A stretch of 64,000 nt of DNA, taken from NCBI GenBank assembly GCA_963753435.1, contig CAVWCF010000001.1, forward strand, positions 640,001 to 704,000. Direction: 5' to 3'. The notes beneath the pieces were generated by a model that was not told the DNA's origin, did not search any database, and worked only from the letters and a program-made list of their open reading frames with translations. Both the position numbers and the translations under genes were made by a program. Below are positions 1 through 9,910 of this stretch, in pieces; positions within the stretch are counted from its first letter, which is position 1, and each line of letters begins with the position of its first letter. Source of the stretch: an uncultured Actinomycetota bacterium (GTDB taxonomy: Bacteria > Actinomycetota > Actinomycetes > CAVWCF01).

Positions 1-637
1 CGAACCAGCCGAACCACAGCAACGCGGCGCCGAGCATCACGAACGGCAGATTGTGCGGGCGCATCGGCTCACGGCCGAAGCCCACGCGCTTGCCGAGCAC
101 CAGCGCCAGCGCCAAGCCGGCAATGCCGGCGTTGATGTGCACGACAGTTCCACCGGCGAAGTCAATGGCCCCCAACTGGAAGATCCAGCCGTCGGCAGAC
201 CAGACCCAGTGCGCGACCGGGTAGTAGACGAGGGTCGTCCAGATCGCCGCGAAGGTCATCCACGTGCCGAACCGCGCCCGGTCGGCGACTGCCCCGCTGA
301 TCAACGCCACTGTGATGATTGCGAAGGTCGCCTGGAAGGCAACGAACGCCATGTCCGGGATCGTGGCGTCGTCGGCGGGCGGGGCCATCAGCCCCTCGAG
401 GCCGAAGTAGTCCAAGGGGTTGCCTACGAAGCCGCCGATGTCGGAGCCGAACGCCATGGAGTACCCGAAGAGGACCCACAAAACGCCCACGAGGCCCATC
501 GCGCCGAAAGACATCATCATCATGTTGAGCACGCTCTTGGAGCGCACCATTCCGCCGTAGAACAGCGCCAGGCCCGGTGTCATCAACAACACCATCGCCG
601 ACGCGGTGAGGATCCAGGCGGTGCTCCCGCTATCCAT
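1..637 (-). CDS. amtB: Ammonium transporter (Amt family); 3' end lies outside the window
   Basis: Not in the ORF track. Manual translation from ATG 637: MDSGSTAWILTASAMVLLMTPGLALFYGGMVRSKSVLNMMMMSF (Amt signature). GGGAG SD upstream; follows ftsY as in other actinomycetes. Confidence 0.95.
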   Translation of the reverse strand, partial: MDSGSTAWILTASAMVLLMTPGLALFYGGMVRSKSVLNMMMMSFGAMGLVGVLWVLFGYSMAFGSDIGGFVGNPLDYFGLEGLMAPPADDATIPDMAFVAFQATFAIITVALISGAVADRARFGTWMTFAAIWTTLVYYPVAHWVWSADGWIFQLGAIDFAGGTVVHINAGIAGLALALVLGKRVGFGREPMRPHNLPFVMLGAALLWFGWF

Positions 638-715
638 CCCTGCCACTCCCCTGTCGATGGTCTATGGACCGGGTCGGCGGCGTCGGCGGCCCGGCGTCGC
701 ACAATCTGCTGAACG

Positions 716-788
716 CCGGTTTCAGTCGCTGTTGCGCTGTGTTTCGGTCACGTAAGCGAATGCTGACTTCGGGTTACGCGGCTGTTTC
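716..788 (-). promoter_or_regulatory. GlnR-box array upstream of amtB
   Basis: Minus strand reads GAAAC-n6-GTAAC ... CTTAC-n6-GAAAC-n5-GCAAC-n7-GAAAC, resembling the GTnAC-n6-GAAAC GlnR consensus with 11/22-bp periodicity. Confidence 0.7.
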
Positions 789-792
789 GCGC

Positions 793-1890
793 CTATTCGG
801 CCAGCAACGCGTCGACGAATTCCTCCGCTTCGAAGGCAGCCAGATCGTCCGGGCCTTCGCCAAGGCCGACGAACTTGACCGGGACTCCCAGCTCGCGCTG
901 TACCGCGACCACGATTCCGCCCTTGGCGGTGCCGTCCAGTTTGGTCAGCACGACGCCCGTGACGTCCACCGATTCGGCGAAGACGCGGGCCTGCACCAGA
1001 CCGTTCTGGCCTGTGGTGGCGTCCAGGACCAGAAGGACTTCACGGATGGGCGCCTGCTTGCCCGCGACCCGTTGGACCTTGCCCAACTCGTCCATAAGGC
1101 CGGCCTTGGTGTGCAGCCGCCCGGCGGTATCGATGACTACTACGTCGGCGTTCGCGTCACGTCCGGCCGCTACAGCCGCAAAGGCGACACTCGCCGGATC
1201 GGCTCCATCAGCACCCCGCACCACCTCGGCACCGACCCGCTCCCCCCAAGTGCTCAGTTGCTCAGCTGCGGCCGCCCGGAAAGTGTCGGCCGCCCCAAGA
1301 ACCACGGACTTGTCATCGGCGATCAGCCAGCGAGCCAACTTGCCGGTCGTTGTGGTCTTGCCGGTGCCGTTTACGCCGACGATCAGGACTACCGCCGGGG
1401 ACCCGTCCAGGTTCAGGGATCGGTCGTCGGACTCCAGCATCTGCAGCAACTCGGCACGTAGCAGTTGCCGGATGGCGTCCGCGTCCCCGTCGCCCAGAAC
1501 CCGGAGCTGCGTTCGCAGTCGCTCCACCAGTTCGGCCGTTGGGCCCACGCCCATGTCGGCCAACAGCAGCAGGTCCTCGACGTCCTGCCATGCCTCGTCG
1601 TCCAGGGAATCGCGGGAGAGGAGACTCAGGAGGCCACGGCCGAGACCGCTTTGGGAGCGGGCCAGTCGCTGCCGAAGGCGGGCCAGCCGACCCGCTGCCG
1701 GGGCCGGGGCCTCAACCGTCGGGACTTGCGTCGCCGGCTCAACGAGGTCGACGTCGCCGCGATCGACGTCTTCCAACTGCGTCGGCGGTGCTGGTGGCGC
1801 CGGACGGCCGCGTCGCAGCCGCGGTACCACCAGGCCAGCAGCCAGCAGCAGGACGACGCCCACCACCACGAAAACAAGCAGGGTCTCCAT
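793..1890 (-). CDS. ftsY: Signal recognition particle receptor FtsY
   Basis: GVNGTGKTTT, DTFRAAA, DTAGR and TKLDGTAKGG motifs; N-terminal TM anchor. Confidence 0.97.
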   Translation of the reverse strand: METLLVFVVVGVVLLLAAGLVVPRLRRGRPAPPAPPTQLEDVDRGDVDLVEPATQVPTVEAPAPAAGRLARLRQRLARSQSGLGRGLLSLLSRDSLDDEAWQDVEDLLLLADMGVGPTAELVERLRTQLRVLGDGDADAIRQLLRAELLQMLESDDRSLNLDGSPAVVLIVGVNGTGKTTTTGKLARWLIADDKSVVLGAADTFRAAAAEQLSTWGERVGAEVVRGADGADPASVAFAAVAAGRDANADVVVIDTAGRLHTKAGLMDELGKVQRVAGKQAPIREVLLVLDATTGQNGLVQARVFAESVDVTGVVLTKLDGTAKGGIVVAVQRELGVPVKFVGLGEGPDDLAAFEAEEFVDALLAE

Positions 1891-1929
1891 GCCGATGATC
1901 CTCTCAGCCCGATGACACCCGTCTGCGGG

Positions 1930-4900
1930 TCAGGCCGGCTCGGCCTCCCGCAGCCGCTGGCTGATGACTGTGCTGACGCCGTCGCCGCGCATGCTCACGC
2001 CGTACAGGGCATCGGCTACTTCCATGGTCCGCTTCTGGTGGGTGATGACGATGAGCTGGCTGTTCTCGCGCAACTCCTCGTAGATGGTGAGCAGTCGTCC
2101 CAGGTTCGTATCGTCCAGGGCCGCCTCGACCTCATCCAGGATGTAGAACGGGCTGGGTCGGGCCTTGAAGAGGGCCACCAGGAACGCAACCGCAGTGAGG
2201 GAACGTTCACCACCGGACAGCAGTGACAACCGCTTGACCTTCTTGCCGGGTGGGCGTGCCTCTACCTCGATGCCGGAGTTGAGCAGGTCACCCGGCTCGG
2301 TCAGCACGAGGCGCCCTTCGCCACCGGGGAACAGCCGGGAGAAGACGTGCCTGAACTCACGCTCGACGTCGGCGTACGCCTCGGCGAACACCGCCTGAAT
2401 GCGATCGTCCACCTCGCGGACGATCTGCAGCAGGTCCCGCTTCGACCGCTTCAGGTCCTCCAGTTGCTCGGTGAGGAAACGGTGCCGCTCCTCCATCGCG
2501 CTGAACTCCTCCAGCGCCAACGGGTTGACGCGGCCGAGGAGGCGGAGATCCCGATCCGCCGCACGCGCTCGCTTCTCCTGCTCCGTGCGCACGTAAGGGC
2601 GGGGGCTGGCGTCCTCGGCCACCGGTTCGCCGTCAGCCGGCGCCGACGGGGGCACTGGCTGGTCAGGTCCGTATTCGGTGATCAAGGTGTCAGCGGCTAC
2701 CCCGAACTCCTCCAGCGACCGCTGCTCGACTTGCTCGATCCGGAGTCGCTGCTCGGCCCGGGCCACCTCGTCGCGGTGCACCGAGTCGGTCAGCTCCGTC
2801 AGTTCCTGCGCCACGGCGCGCAGCCGCTGGCGGACCTGGACAAGTTCGCTTGCCAGCCCTTGGCCATCGGCGGACAACTCCCGGCGGCGCCGGTCGGCCG
2901 CGGCCAGCGAATCCGCCAGGCGATCCATGAGCACATTGGTCCCCGCCAGCACTGCTGCGGCCACGACCACATCACGGGCGGCCCGCTGCCGCCTGGCAAT
3001 GGCATCAGCGCGGGCCCGCCGCTCGGCGGCCGCGGCCGCCTCCAACTGACCGGCCCGACCGGCCAGAGACCGGGCGCGCTCCTCCAGCGTCCGCAGCCGC
3101 AGCCGCGCTTCGACCTCTTCTGCCCGTGCCGCCGTTGCGGCCACGGCCAGGCGGTCGCGTTCGGCCACCGAAGGCTCGGCATGCTCGGCCGACTCCGCCT
3201 GCGTCAGCCGAGCGGTTAGTTCGGCCACCGCCGACTCATCAGCCTGCAGGGCTGTCTCCGCTGCCTCCCGCCCCTCCGCCACCCGGTGGGCCTCGGCCGC
3301 AGCCGCACGGGCCGAGGCGCCCAGATGCGCCAACTGCTCGGCGACCGCCGACATCCGGGCATCGGACTCGTTCAACTGCTGCAACGCGGCCTCCACCGCC
3401 GCGGCCGCGTCGGCCACCGTCGACTCAGCAGCAGTGAGCGCGAATCGAGCCCGTTCCAGCCGGGCGGTTGCCTGGGTCAGTCGAGCGGCCGCCTCGTCTA
3501 CTGCAGCAGCGGCTTCGATGGCGGAGCGACCAGAAGCCGAACCGCCGGTGACGGTGTAGGCGCTGATGCGGTCACCGTCGGCGGTGACCGCCACCAGGTC
3601 GGGGTCGGCCGCAATCAGCCGCCGCGCGGACCCGGTATCCGTGGCGATGGCGACTCCTGCGAGCAGTCGCCGCAATCCGGCCATGAGATCAGCAGGGGCG
3701 TCGATCGAGTCGATGACCCAACGCGTGCCGGCCGGTGGCGCCCCGGCGTTAGGTGAAGTCGCAACATCGGGTGCGCCAGCTACGAGTAGTCCGGCTCGGC
3801 CCGCATCGGCCTCCTTCAACACCGCCAGGGCCTCGATGGCCGTGCCCAGGTCGGCGACCGCGATCGCGTCCGCCAGGGGGCCGAGTGCGGCGGCGACCGC
3901 CGCCTCGTCACCGGCGCGGACCTGGATCAACTCCGCGACGGTGCCGCGCACCCCGGCGAGGCGGCCCTCCGGAGCCAGCAGCGCTCCCGAACCGTCGCGC
4001 CGGGCCAGGCTCGACCGCAGCGCCTCGTGGCGTGCCTCCCACGCCGAACGGTCCTTCTCGGCGGCGTTCAGCTCATCGCGGCAGTTTCGAGCGGACTGCT
4101 CGGCCGCACTCAGTGCAGCCGCAGCCTGAGCGTGTTCGGAATCCAGGTCGATTTCGCCGTCGTCGAGCCCCGCCACCTGGGCTTCGAGCGCGGCAAAGTC
4201 CGACTGCGCCGAGCGCGCTCGCTCCTGTGCCTCCTCATGCGCCCGGACCAGGCGGTCGATCTCGGCTTGGCGGGCTTCGACGCGCGATCGAGCCGCGGCG
4301 ACCTGGCCGGACAGCCGGGCAAGTCCCTCCCGCCGATCGGCGGCCGCCTGCAGGGCGGCAGCGACCCGGCGCTCCTCGGCGGAGTGCTCATCCTCGGCGG
4401 TGCCACGCACCTGCTCGGCCTGGCTCAGCTCGGACGCGGCAGTGCTGATCCGGTCGGTGAGGGCCTGCTCCTCCGACCGGACCCGCGCCGCTTCGGCGTC
4501 CAGCTCGCCCGGGTCCCGACCGGGGCGGTCCGGTTCGGCGGCCACTTCGCTCAGGTGGCGACGGCGTTCCGCCGCCAACGACGCAAGGCCGGTGACCCGC
4601 TCGTTGAGGCTCTGGAGCCGGAACCAGATCTCCTGCGCGGCCGCCACGGTAACGGCGAGTTCCGCCTCGCGGGCTTCCAGTAGGGATTCACGTTCCCGCA
4701 TGGACGTGGACTCGGCCTCGGCTGCGGCCCGGCGCTCACGCAGCGCGGTCTCGTCGGCAACCTCGGCGGCCAACTCCGACCGCAACGCCAGCAAGTCGTC
4801 GGCCAACAGGCGCAACCGGGCATCGCGCAAATCCGCCTGAATGACCGAAGCTCGGCGAGCGATCTCGGCCTGCCGCCCGAGCGGCTTCAGTTGCCGACGC

Positions 4901-5493
4901 AACTCGGTGGTCAGGTCGGTTAGGCGGGTGAGGTTGCCTTCCATGCTGTCCAGCTTCCGCAGCGCCTTCTCCTTGCGCTTGCGGTGCTTCAGGACGCCGG
5001 CGGCCTCCTCGACGAAACCACGCCGCTCCTCCGGCCCGGCAGACAGGACGGCGTCCAACTGCCCCTGGCCGACGATGACGTGCATCTCGCGACCGATCCC
5101 GGAGTCGCTGAGAAGCTCCTGGATGTCCAACAGCCGGCAGGCCTCACCGTTTATGAAGTACTCCGAGCCGCCGTTGCGGAACATGATCCGCGACAGGGTC
5201 ACTTCGGTGTAGTCGATGGGCAGGGAACCGTCGGAGTTGTCGATCGTGAGGATCACCTCGGCCCGCCCCAGCGGTGCTCTGCCGGAGGTCCCCGCGAAGA
5301 TGACGTCTTCCATCTTGCCGCCGCGCAGCGACTTGGCGCCCTGCTCGCCCATCACCCAGGCGATCGCGTCTACGACGTTCGACTTGCCCGAACCATTGGG
5401 TCCGACGACTGCGGTTACCCCCGGCTCAAAGCGCAGGGTCGTAGACGAAGCGAACGACTTGAACCCACGAAGGGTGAGGCTCTTCAGATGCAC
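1930..5493 (-). CDS. smc: Chromosome segregation protein SMC
   Basis: GPNGSGKSN Walker A, long coiled coils and hinge, LSGGE signature, ILDEVEAALD Walker B. Confidence 0.98.
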   Translation of the reverse strand: MHLKSLTLRGFKSFASSTTLRFEPGVTAVVGPNGSGKSNVVDAIAWVMGEQGAKSLRGGKMEDVIFAGTSGRAPLGRAEVILTIDNSDGSLPIDYTEVTLSRIMFRNGGSEYFINGEACRLLDIQELLSDSGIGREMHVIVGQGQLDAVLSAGPEERRGFVEEAAGVLKHRKRKEKALRKLDSMEGNLTRLTDLTTELRRQLKPLGRQAEIARRASVIQADLRDARLRLLADDLLALRSELAAEVADETALRERRAAAEAESTSMRERESLLEAREAELAVTVAAAQEIWFRLQSLNERVTGLASLAAERRRHLSEVAAEPDRPGRDPGELDAEAARVRSEEQALTDRISTAASELSQAEQVRGTAEDEHSAEERRVAAALQAAADRREGLARLSGQVAAARSRVEARQAEIDRLVRAHEEAQERARSAQSDFAALEAQVAGLDDGEIDLDSEHAQAAAALSAAEQSARNCRDELNAAEKDRSAWEARHEALRSSLARRDGSGALLAPEGRLAGVRGTVAELIQVRAGDEAAVAAALGPLADAIAVADLGTAIEALAVLKEADAGRAGLLVAGAPDVATSPNAGAPPAGTRWVIDSIDAPADLMAGLRRLLAGVAIATDTGSARRLIAADPDLVAVTADGDRISAYTVTGGSASGRSAIEAAAAVDEAAARLTQATARLERARFALTAAESTVADAAAAVEAALQQLNESDARMSAVAEQLAHLGASARAAAAEAHRVAEGREAAETALQADESAVAELTARLTQAESAEHAEPSVAERDRLAVAATAARAEEVEARLRLRTLEERARSLAGRAGQLEAAAAAERRARADAIARRQRAARDVVVAAAVLAGTNVLMDRLADSLAAADRRRRELSADGQGLASELVQVRQRLRAVAQELTELTDSVHRDEVARAEQRLRIEQVEQRSLEEFGVAADTLITEYGPDQPVPPSAPADGEPVAEDASPRPYVRTEQEKRARAADRDLRLLGRVNPLALEEFSAMEERHRFLTEQLEDLKRSKRDLLQIVREVDDRIQAVFAEAYADVEREFRHVFSRLFPGGEGRLVLTEPGDLLNSGIEVEARPPGKKVKRLSLLSGGERSLTAVAFLVALFKARPSPFYILDEVEAALDDTNLGRLLTIYEELRENSQLIVITHQKRTMEVADALYGVSMRGDGVSTVISQRLREAEPA

Positions 5494-5597
5494 GTAAAGG
5501 CTCCCGGCCCGAGCGGCGTTGACACCGGGGAAGTGGGCTGAACCCTACCCATGCCGTCCGGACATCCTGAGCAGGCGCACGGGGGTAAAGCCAGGAC

Positions 5598-5801
5598 TCA
5601 GGTGAGAGCCGGCTCCCGGTCGCTCAGTTCCGCTTCGAGAAGCAGTTCGGGCTCCTCGGACAGGGTGGTGAGTTCACCGTTCAGGGCACGCAAACGGGCG
5701 ACTTCGTCCTCCAGCGCCGTGATCCGGCGCCGAAGCGCCGTCAACTCGGCGGCAACCAGCGGATCGGGTCCCCCCAGGTGACCCAGCAAGGCCTTGGCCA
5801 T
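5598..5801 (-). CDS. Small coiled-coil hypothetical protein (67 aa)
   Basis: GAGGAG SD upstream of ATG; heptad-like LRRRITALEDEVARLRALNGEL. From recall, it resembles a small MAKALLG... ORF found before smc in actinomycetes. Confidence 0.75.
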   Translation of the reverse strand: MAKALLGHLGGPDPLVAAELTALRRRITALEDEVARLRALNGELTTLSEEPELLLEAELSDREPALT

Positions 5802-5932
5802 GCGGTCCTACTCCTCAAGAACGTGTAACCACGACAGGAACGGTTCCTGCACGTTGCCAGCCCAGATCGTTGCCCAGGTGGGCCAGATCCGAATGGGCTA
5901 GCGCAAACGCGCTTGGTGCAGATTGGTTGAAA

Positions 5933-5961
5933 AGTGTCCCACTCGCCGAATTCCGGGTCAA
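5933..5961 (-). promoter_or_regulatory. Putative housekeeping-sigma promoter for the small ORF and smc
   Basis: TTGACC-17 nt-GACACT on the minus strand. Confidence 0.55.
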
Positions 5962-5969
5962 GCGGCCGT

Positions 5970-6830
5970 CTAGGGACGGCCGGGCCGCTGACACCTGGGA
6001 CAGAAGTAGGAGGAGCGGTTCATGAAGCGATCCCGGCGGATGGGGGTCCCGCACCGAGGGCACGGCCGGTCAGCCTGGCCGTAGACGGACAGGGACCTGT
6101 CGAACCAGCCGCTCTGCCCGTTCACGTTGACGTAGAGGGCATCGAAGGACGTCCCACCGGCGGCCAAAGCCTCAGCCATCACCGCCACCGCGGACTCCAG
6201 CAGCGTCGCGACAGCCCGCCGGGGCAGCCGATCCGCGCTTCGGTCGTAGTGGATGCGCGCCCGCCATAGCGCCTCATCGGCGTAGATGTTGCCGATGCCG
6301 GAGACGACCGTCTGGTCGAGCAGGACGCGCTTGATGCCTCGTCGCGATCCCCGGATCTGCCTGGTGACGGCGTCCAGGTCGAAGTCCGGATCGAACGGGT
6401 CGCGGGCGATGTGCCGGACCGGAACCGGCAAGCCGGCGTCGGCATCGACGACCGTGAGGCCGCCGAACGTGCGCTGGTCGGTGAAACGCAGGTGCGGTCC
6501 GGCCCCATCGAGGTCCACGACGACGCGCACGTGCGGACCGAGGTCTGCGCCGGAACCGACTCCCGACGCGTCAGACAGGAGCATCTGACCGCTCATGCCC
6601 AGGTGGGCTAGAAGCGCCTCATCCGTCTCGGCCAGCGGGAACCACAGGTACTTGCCGCGTCGCCGCGGTTCGGCCAGCACCTGCCCGATCAGGCGATGCT
6701 CGAACTCCGCGGCGCCGCCGGGTTGGCGCCGAACCGCGCGTGGATGCAGCACCCGGACCGCCCGCACCCGGCGGCCCGCCAGCGGCAGCAGCCCGGCCCG
6801 GACCACCTCGACCTCGGGCAACTCCGGCAT
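5970..6830 (-). CDS. mutM: Formamidopyrimidine-DNA glycosylase
   Basis: MPELPEVE N-terminus, [22 protein letters not shown]4 zinc finger. Confidence 0.97.
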   Translation of the reverse strand: MPELPEVEVVRAGLLPLAGRRVRAVRVLHPRAVRRQPGGAAEFEHRLIGQVLAEPRRRGKYLWFPLAETDEALLAHLGMSGQMLLSDASGVGSGADLGPHVRVVVDLDGAGPHLRFTDQRTFGGLTVVDADAGLPVPVRHIARDPFDPDFDLDAVTRQIRGSRRGIKRVLLDQTVVSGIGNIYADEALWRARIHYDRSADRLPRRAVATLLESAVAVMAEALAAGGTSFDALYVNVNGQSGWFDRSLSVYGQADRPCPRCGTPIRRDRFMNRSSYFCPRCQRPGRP

Positions 6831-7540
6831 CAGTCGGGATTCTTGTCCGCAGCGGAGAGAACCTGGAAGGCGGTTGCCGCGGCTTGCTGTTCGGCGTCCT
6901 TCTTGGAGCTGCCCCGGCCGGCACCCAGGCTCGATCCGCCGACCACGGCGTGCGCCTCGAAGACCTTCGCATGGTCCGGGCCGGTCTCGGTGATGCGGTA
7001 ATTGGGCACCCCCAAGCCGCGCTCGGCGGTGAGTTCCTGCAGTGAGGTCTTCCAGTCCAGTCCAGCGCCGACCTGGACCGCACGCTCGATCAGGGGGTCG
7101 TAGAGGCGCTGGATCAACTCGGTCGCCGCCGTCAGCCCCGCCTCGACATACACCGAGCCGATTACCGCTTCCATCGCATCCGCGAGGATGGAGGCCTTCT
7201 GCCGCCCGCCCGTGGTCTCTTCACCGCGGCCCAGCAGCAGGTAAGCGCCCAGATTCAACTCGGTGGCCACCTCGGCGCAAGCCCGCATGTTCACGACGCC
7301 GGCCCGCAACTTGGCCAGGTCGCCCTCCGCCAGATCGGGGTGGGCCCGGAAGAGGCGGTCGGTGACCACGAGCCCCAGAACGGCGTCGCCGAGGAACTCC
7401 AACCGTTCGTTGGTTGGCAGCCCGCCGTTCTCGTACGCGTAGGAGCGATGGGTCAGCGCGCGGTTGAGGGCCTCGTCGCTCAGATTGACGCCGAGGCGAG
7501 TGCGCAGCTCTTGCAGGAGCGGCTCAGCTGAACCGCTCAG
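6830..7540 (-). CDS. rnc: Ribonuclease III (start uncertain: CTG 7540, TTG 7576 or GTG 7585)
   Basis: ALTHRSY and [12 protein letters not shown] signature; ds[11 protein letters not shown]...[10 protein letters not shown]; TGATG overlap with mutM. Confidence 0.93.
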   Translation of the reverse strand: MSGSAEPLLQELRTRLGVNLSDEALNRALTHRSYAYENGGLPTNERLEFLGDAVLGLVVTDRLFRAHPDLAEGDLAKLRAGVVNMRACAEVATELNLGAYLLLGRGEETTGGRQKASILADAMEAVIGSVYVEAGLTAATELIQRLYDPLIERAVQVGAGLDWKTSLQELTAERGLGVPNYRITETGPDHAKVFEAHAVVGGSSLGAGRGSSKKDAEQQAAATAFQVLSAADKNPD

Positions 7541-7710
7541 ACGTCCAGCACCTGGCGCTTGTTGTAGGTGCCGCAAGTGGGGCACGCCACGTGGGGCAGC
7601 CGCGGCTCACGGCAGCGCTCGCACGCGACCAGGGTCGGGGCGGTCGCCTTCCACTGCGCGCGGCGGTGCCGGGTGTTGCTGCGCGAAACCTTCCGCTTCG
7701 GGACGGCCAT
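7537..7710 (-). CDS. rpmF: 50S ribosomal protein L32 (Zn-ribbon form)
   Basis: Not in the ORF track. Manual translation, 57 aa: [57 protein letters not shown]. Confidence 0.97.
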   Translation of the reverse strand: MAVPKRKVSRSNTRHRRAQWKATAPTLVACERCREPRLPHVACPTCGTYNKRQVLDV

Positions 7711-7713
7711 CTC

Positions 7714-8250
7714 TCAGCGCTCCTCGTCGTTCAACAGTTCAGCAAGGGCGGACCACCGGGGGTCCGTCCGTTCGTGCCGATGGTCGGGATCATCGGCCAG
7801 GCGCACCCCGCACTCGGGGCACAGACCCGGACAATCCTCCCGGCAAAGCGGCTGCAAAGGAAGCGCCAGCACGATCGCGTCCCGCAGCGTTGGCTCCAGG
7901 TCAAACAGCGTGTCCTGCAGCCGTGCGGCCTCGACGTCGTCCGGGTGCGTGTCCTGGTACAGGAACATCTCCTGCAGGTCGAAGTCGCGCTCAGTGTCGA
8001 TCGGGTCCAGACACCGGACGCATTCTCCGCGTACCGGTGCGTGCACCGTCCCTGACATCCACACGCCCTCGACCACCGACTCACATTGCAGTCGGCCCGC
8101 CAGCTCAGCCCCTTCCGGGACCCCGATGACGTCATTGCCAAGACCCGCCGGCGCCGGAGCTAGGACATCGAAGGACCTCATGGCGCCTGGACGGCGACCG
8201 AGGTCCCGGGTGTCGATGACCAGGGGTGCGCGAGGGTCTAAGGCGACCAC
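7714..8250 (-). CDS. YceD/DUF177 family protein
   Basis: CVRCL and PLCREDCPGLCPECG motifs, DPRWSAL end, position before rpmF. Confidence 0.92.
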   Translation of the reverse strand: MVALDPRAPLVIDTRDLGRRPGAMRSFDVLAPAPAGLGNDVIGVPEGAELAGRLQCESVVEGVWMSGTVHAPVRGECVRCLDPIDTERDFDLQEMFLYQDTHPDDVEAARLQDTLFDLEPTLRDAIVLALPLQPLCREDCPGLCPECGVRLADDPDHRHERTDPRWSALAELLNDEER

Positions 8251-8350
8251 GCGATCCTCCGCAACAACGCAAGCGGCCCCGACAAGAGGCCGAGCGCAGG
8301 GTACTCCACGCCCGCCCGCCGGCCCAACTCAGCGGCTCGGCGCTCTGGAC

Positions 8351-8848
8351 TCAGTGCTCCGGGAGCGGGTCGCTGCTGTCGGCGAAGTCCTCATCTCCGA
8401 ACCCGCCGGGCGCCCCGAGCCGGTCCCGAGCACGATCGACTGTCTCCAGCGTGCGCTGCAGCGCCACCTGGAATTGCGCCAACCGCGCGTCGATGTATTC
8501 ATCCGTCTCCGCACGCTGGCGGTCGAGCTCTTCCTGTGTCGCCTGCCGCAGCTGGCCCGCCTCGTCGCGGGCCGCTCGCATGATCTCGCTATCGGACACC
8601 AGAGCGCTGGCGTGCGCGCGCGCCCCGTTGAGCAGTTCCTCGGCTTCGCCACGCGCTGCCTCCAGGACCGACTCCCGGTCCTCAAGCAGCGCCGAGGCCT
8701 GCGTGATCTCGCTGGGCAACCCGGCTCGGATCTCATCGAGCAGTTCCAGTGCCTCGGTGCGGTTGACCACGCAGGAAGCGGACAACGGCATGGCCCGGGC
8801 TTCCTCCACCATCCGAGTCAGCCGATCCAGGCTCACCTCAACGTTCAT
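8351..8848 (-). CDS. DivIVA-like coiled-coil protein (SepIVA-like)
   Basis: EARAMPLSASCVVNR motif, coiled coil, located between coaD and yceD. Confidence 0.8.
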   Translation of the reverse strand: MNVEVSLDRLTRMVEEARAMPLSASCVVNRTEALELLDEIRAGLPSEITQASALLEDRESVLEAARGEAEELLNGARAHASALVSDSEIMRAARDEAGQLRQATQEELDRQRAETDEYIDARLAQFQVALQRTLETVDRARDRLGAPGGFGDEDFADSSDPLPEH

Positions 8849-9335
8849 CACGACCTCCGGTCTGTCCCAGTCGCTGGCTCAAGGCCGCAGCGACGGCATC
8901 GGGCACCAGCCCTGTCACATCGCCGCCATGGCGACCGACTTCCTTGATGAGACTCGACGACAGGAACGAGTACTCCGGCGTTGTTGGAATGAAGAGCGTG
9001 TCGACGCCCGCGAGCCGGTGGTTCATCTGCGCCATCTGCTGCTCGTAGTCGAAGTCGGAAATGGCGCGCAGGCCCTTCACAATCGCCTGGATGTCGTGGG
9101 ATCGGCAGAAGTCGACCAGCAGCCCGGCGAACGAGTCGACCGAGACGCCGGGAAGGTGCGCGGTGACCTGCTGCAGCAACTCGATGCGCTCTTCGACGCT
9201 GAACAGACCCTGCTTCTTCTCGTTCACCAGGACCGCGACAACGACCTCGTCGGACAGCGAGGCGGCGCGCTCGATGATGTCGAGGTGTCCGTTGGTGACC
9301 GGGTCGAAGGACCCGGGGCAGACCACCCTGCGCAC
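8838..9335 (-). CDS. coaD: Phosphopantetheine adenylyltransferase
   Basis: CPGSFDPVTNGHLD, KGLR and SSSLIKE motifs; GTG 9335 with GGAGGGAG SD. Confidence 0.96.
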   Translation of the reverse strand: MRRVVCPGSFDPVTNGHLDIIERAASLSDEVVVAVLVNEKKQGLFSVEERIELLQQVTAHLPGVSVDSFAGLLVDFCRSHDIQAIVKGLRAISDFDYEQQMAQMNHRLAGVDTLFIPTTPEYSFLSSSLIKEVGRHGGDVTGLVPDAVAAALSQRLGQTGGRDER

Positions 9336-9358
9336 GCGCGCTCCCTCCGGCAGCCGTC

Positions 9359-9910
9359 CTAGGCCGCGCGACCGTACCAGAGCACGGTGTCGCCGTAACG
9401 GCGTTCGTCCACGGCCGCCAATGGCGGCGGCCACTGCACCTGCTGTCCCCGCGGACGCTCGAGCGTGACAAGCGCGTCGGGGCGCAGCCACCCGTGGACA
9501 AGCTGCCCCAGGAACTCCGACACCGCCTCCTCGGTCATCGCGTAGGGCGGGTCGGCCAACACCACATCGAATGCGGAGTCAGGTCGATCGGCCAGGTACC
9601 GCTGCACCGGCACCGCGGCGACCGTCGCACCGGGCAACCCCACGGTGTCCACGTTTCGCTGCAGTACGCGCACTACCGCCTTGGCTGACTCCACCAGGAC
9701 AACCGCGTCGGCACCACGGGACAACGCCTCCAGACCCAGTGCCCCAGATCCAGCGAAGAGATCCAGCACGCGCAGCCCGGCGAAACCACCGCACTTCGCC
9801 ACCAAGGTCGAGAACATCGCCTCGCGCACTCGATCCGTGGTGGGGCGGGTTCCAGTGGGTGGAACCTGCAGCCGACGCCCACGGGCCGCGCCGGCGATGA
9901 TCCTGGTCAC
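9359..9910 (-). CDS. rsmD: 16S rRNA (guanine966-N2)-methyltransferase
   Basis: RIIAG, TRPTTDRVRE, DLFAGSGALG and DPPY motifs. Confidence 0.95.
   Translation of the reverse strand: MTRIIAGAARGRRLQVPPTGTRPTTDRVREAMFSTLVAKCGGFAGLRVLDLFAGSGALGLEALSRGADAVVLVESAKAVVRVLQRNVDTVGLPGATVAAVPVQRYLADRPDSAFDVVLADPPYAMTEEAVSEFLGQLVHGWLRPDALVTLERPRGQQVQWPPPLAAVDERRYGDTVLWYGRAA

Noticed and set aside
5543-5565. PafBC-like promoter before smc (TGTCCG-N11-TAGGGT)
   Set aside because: It has a hexamer mismatch and the wrong spacing; only the -10 box is plausible.
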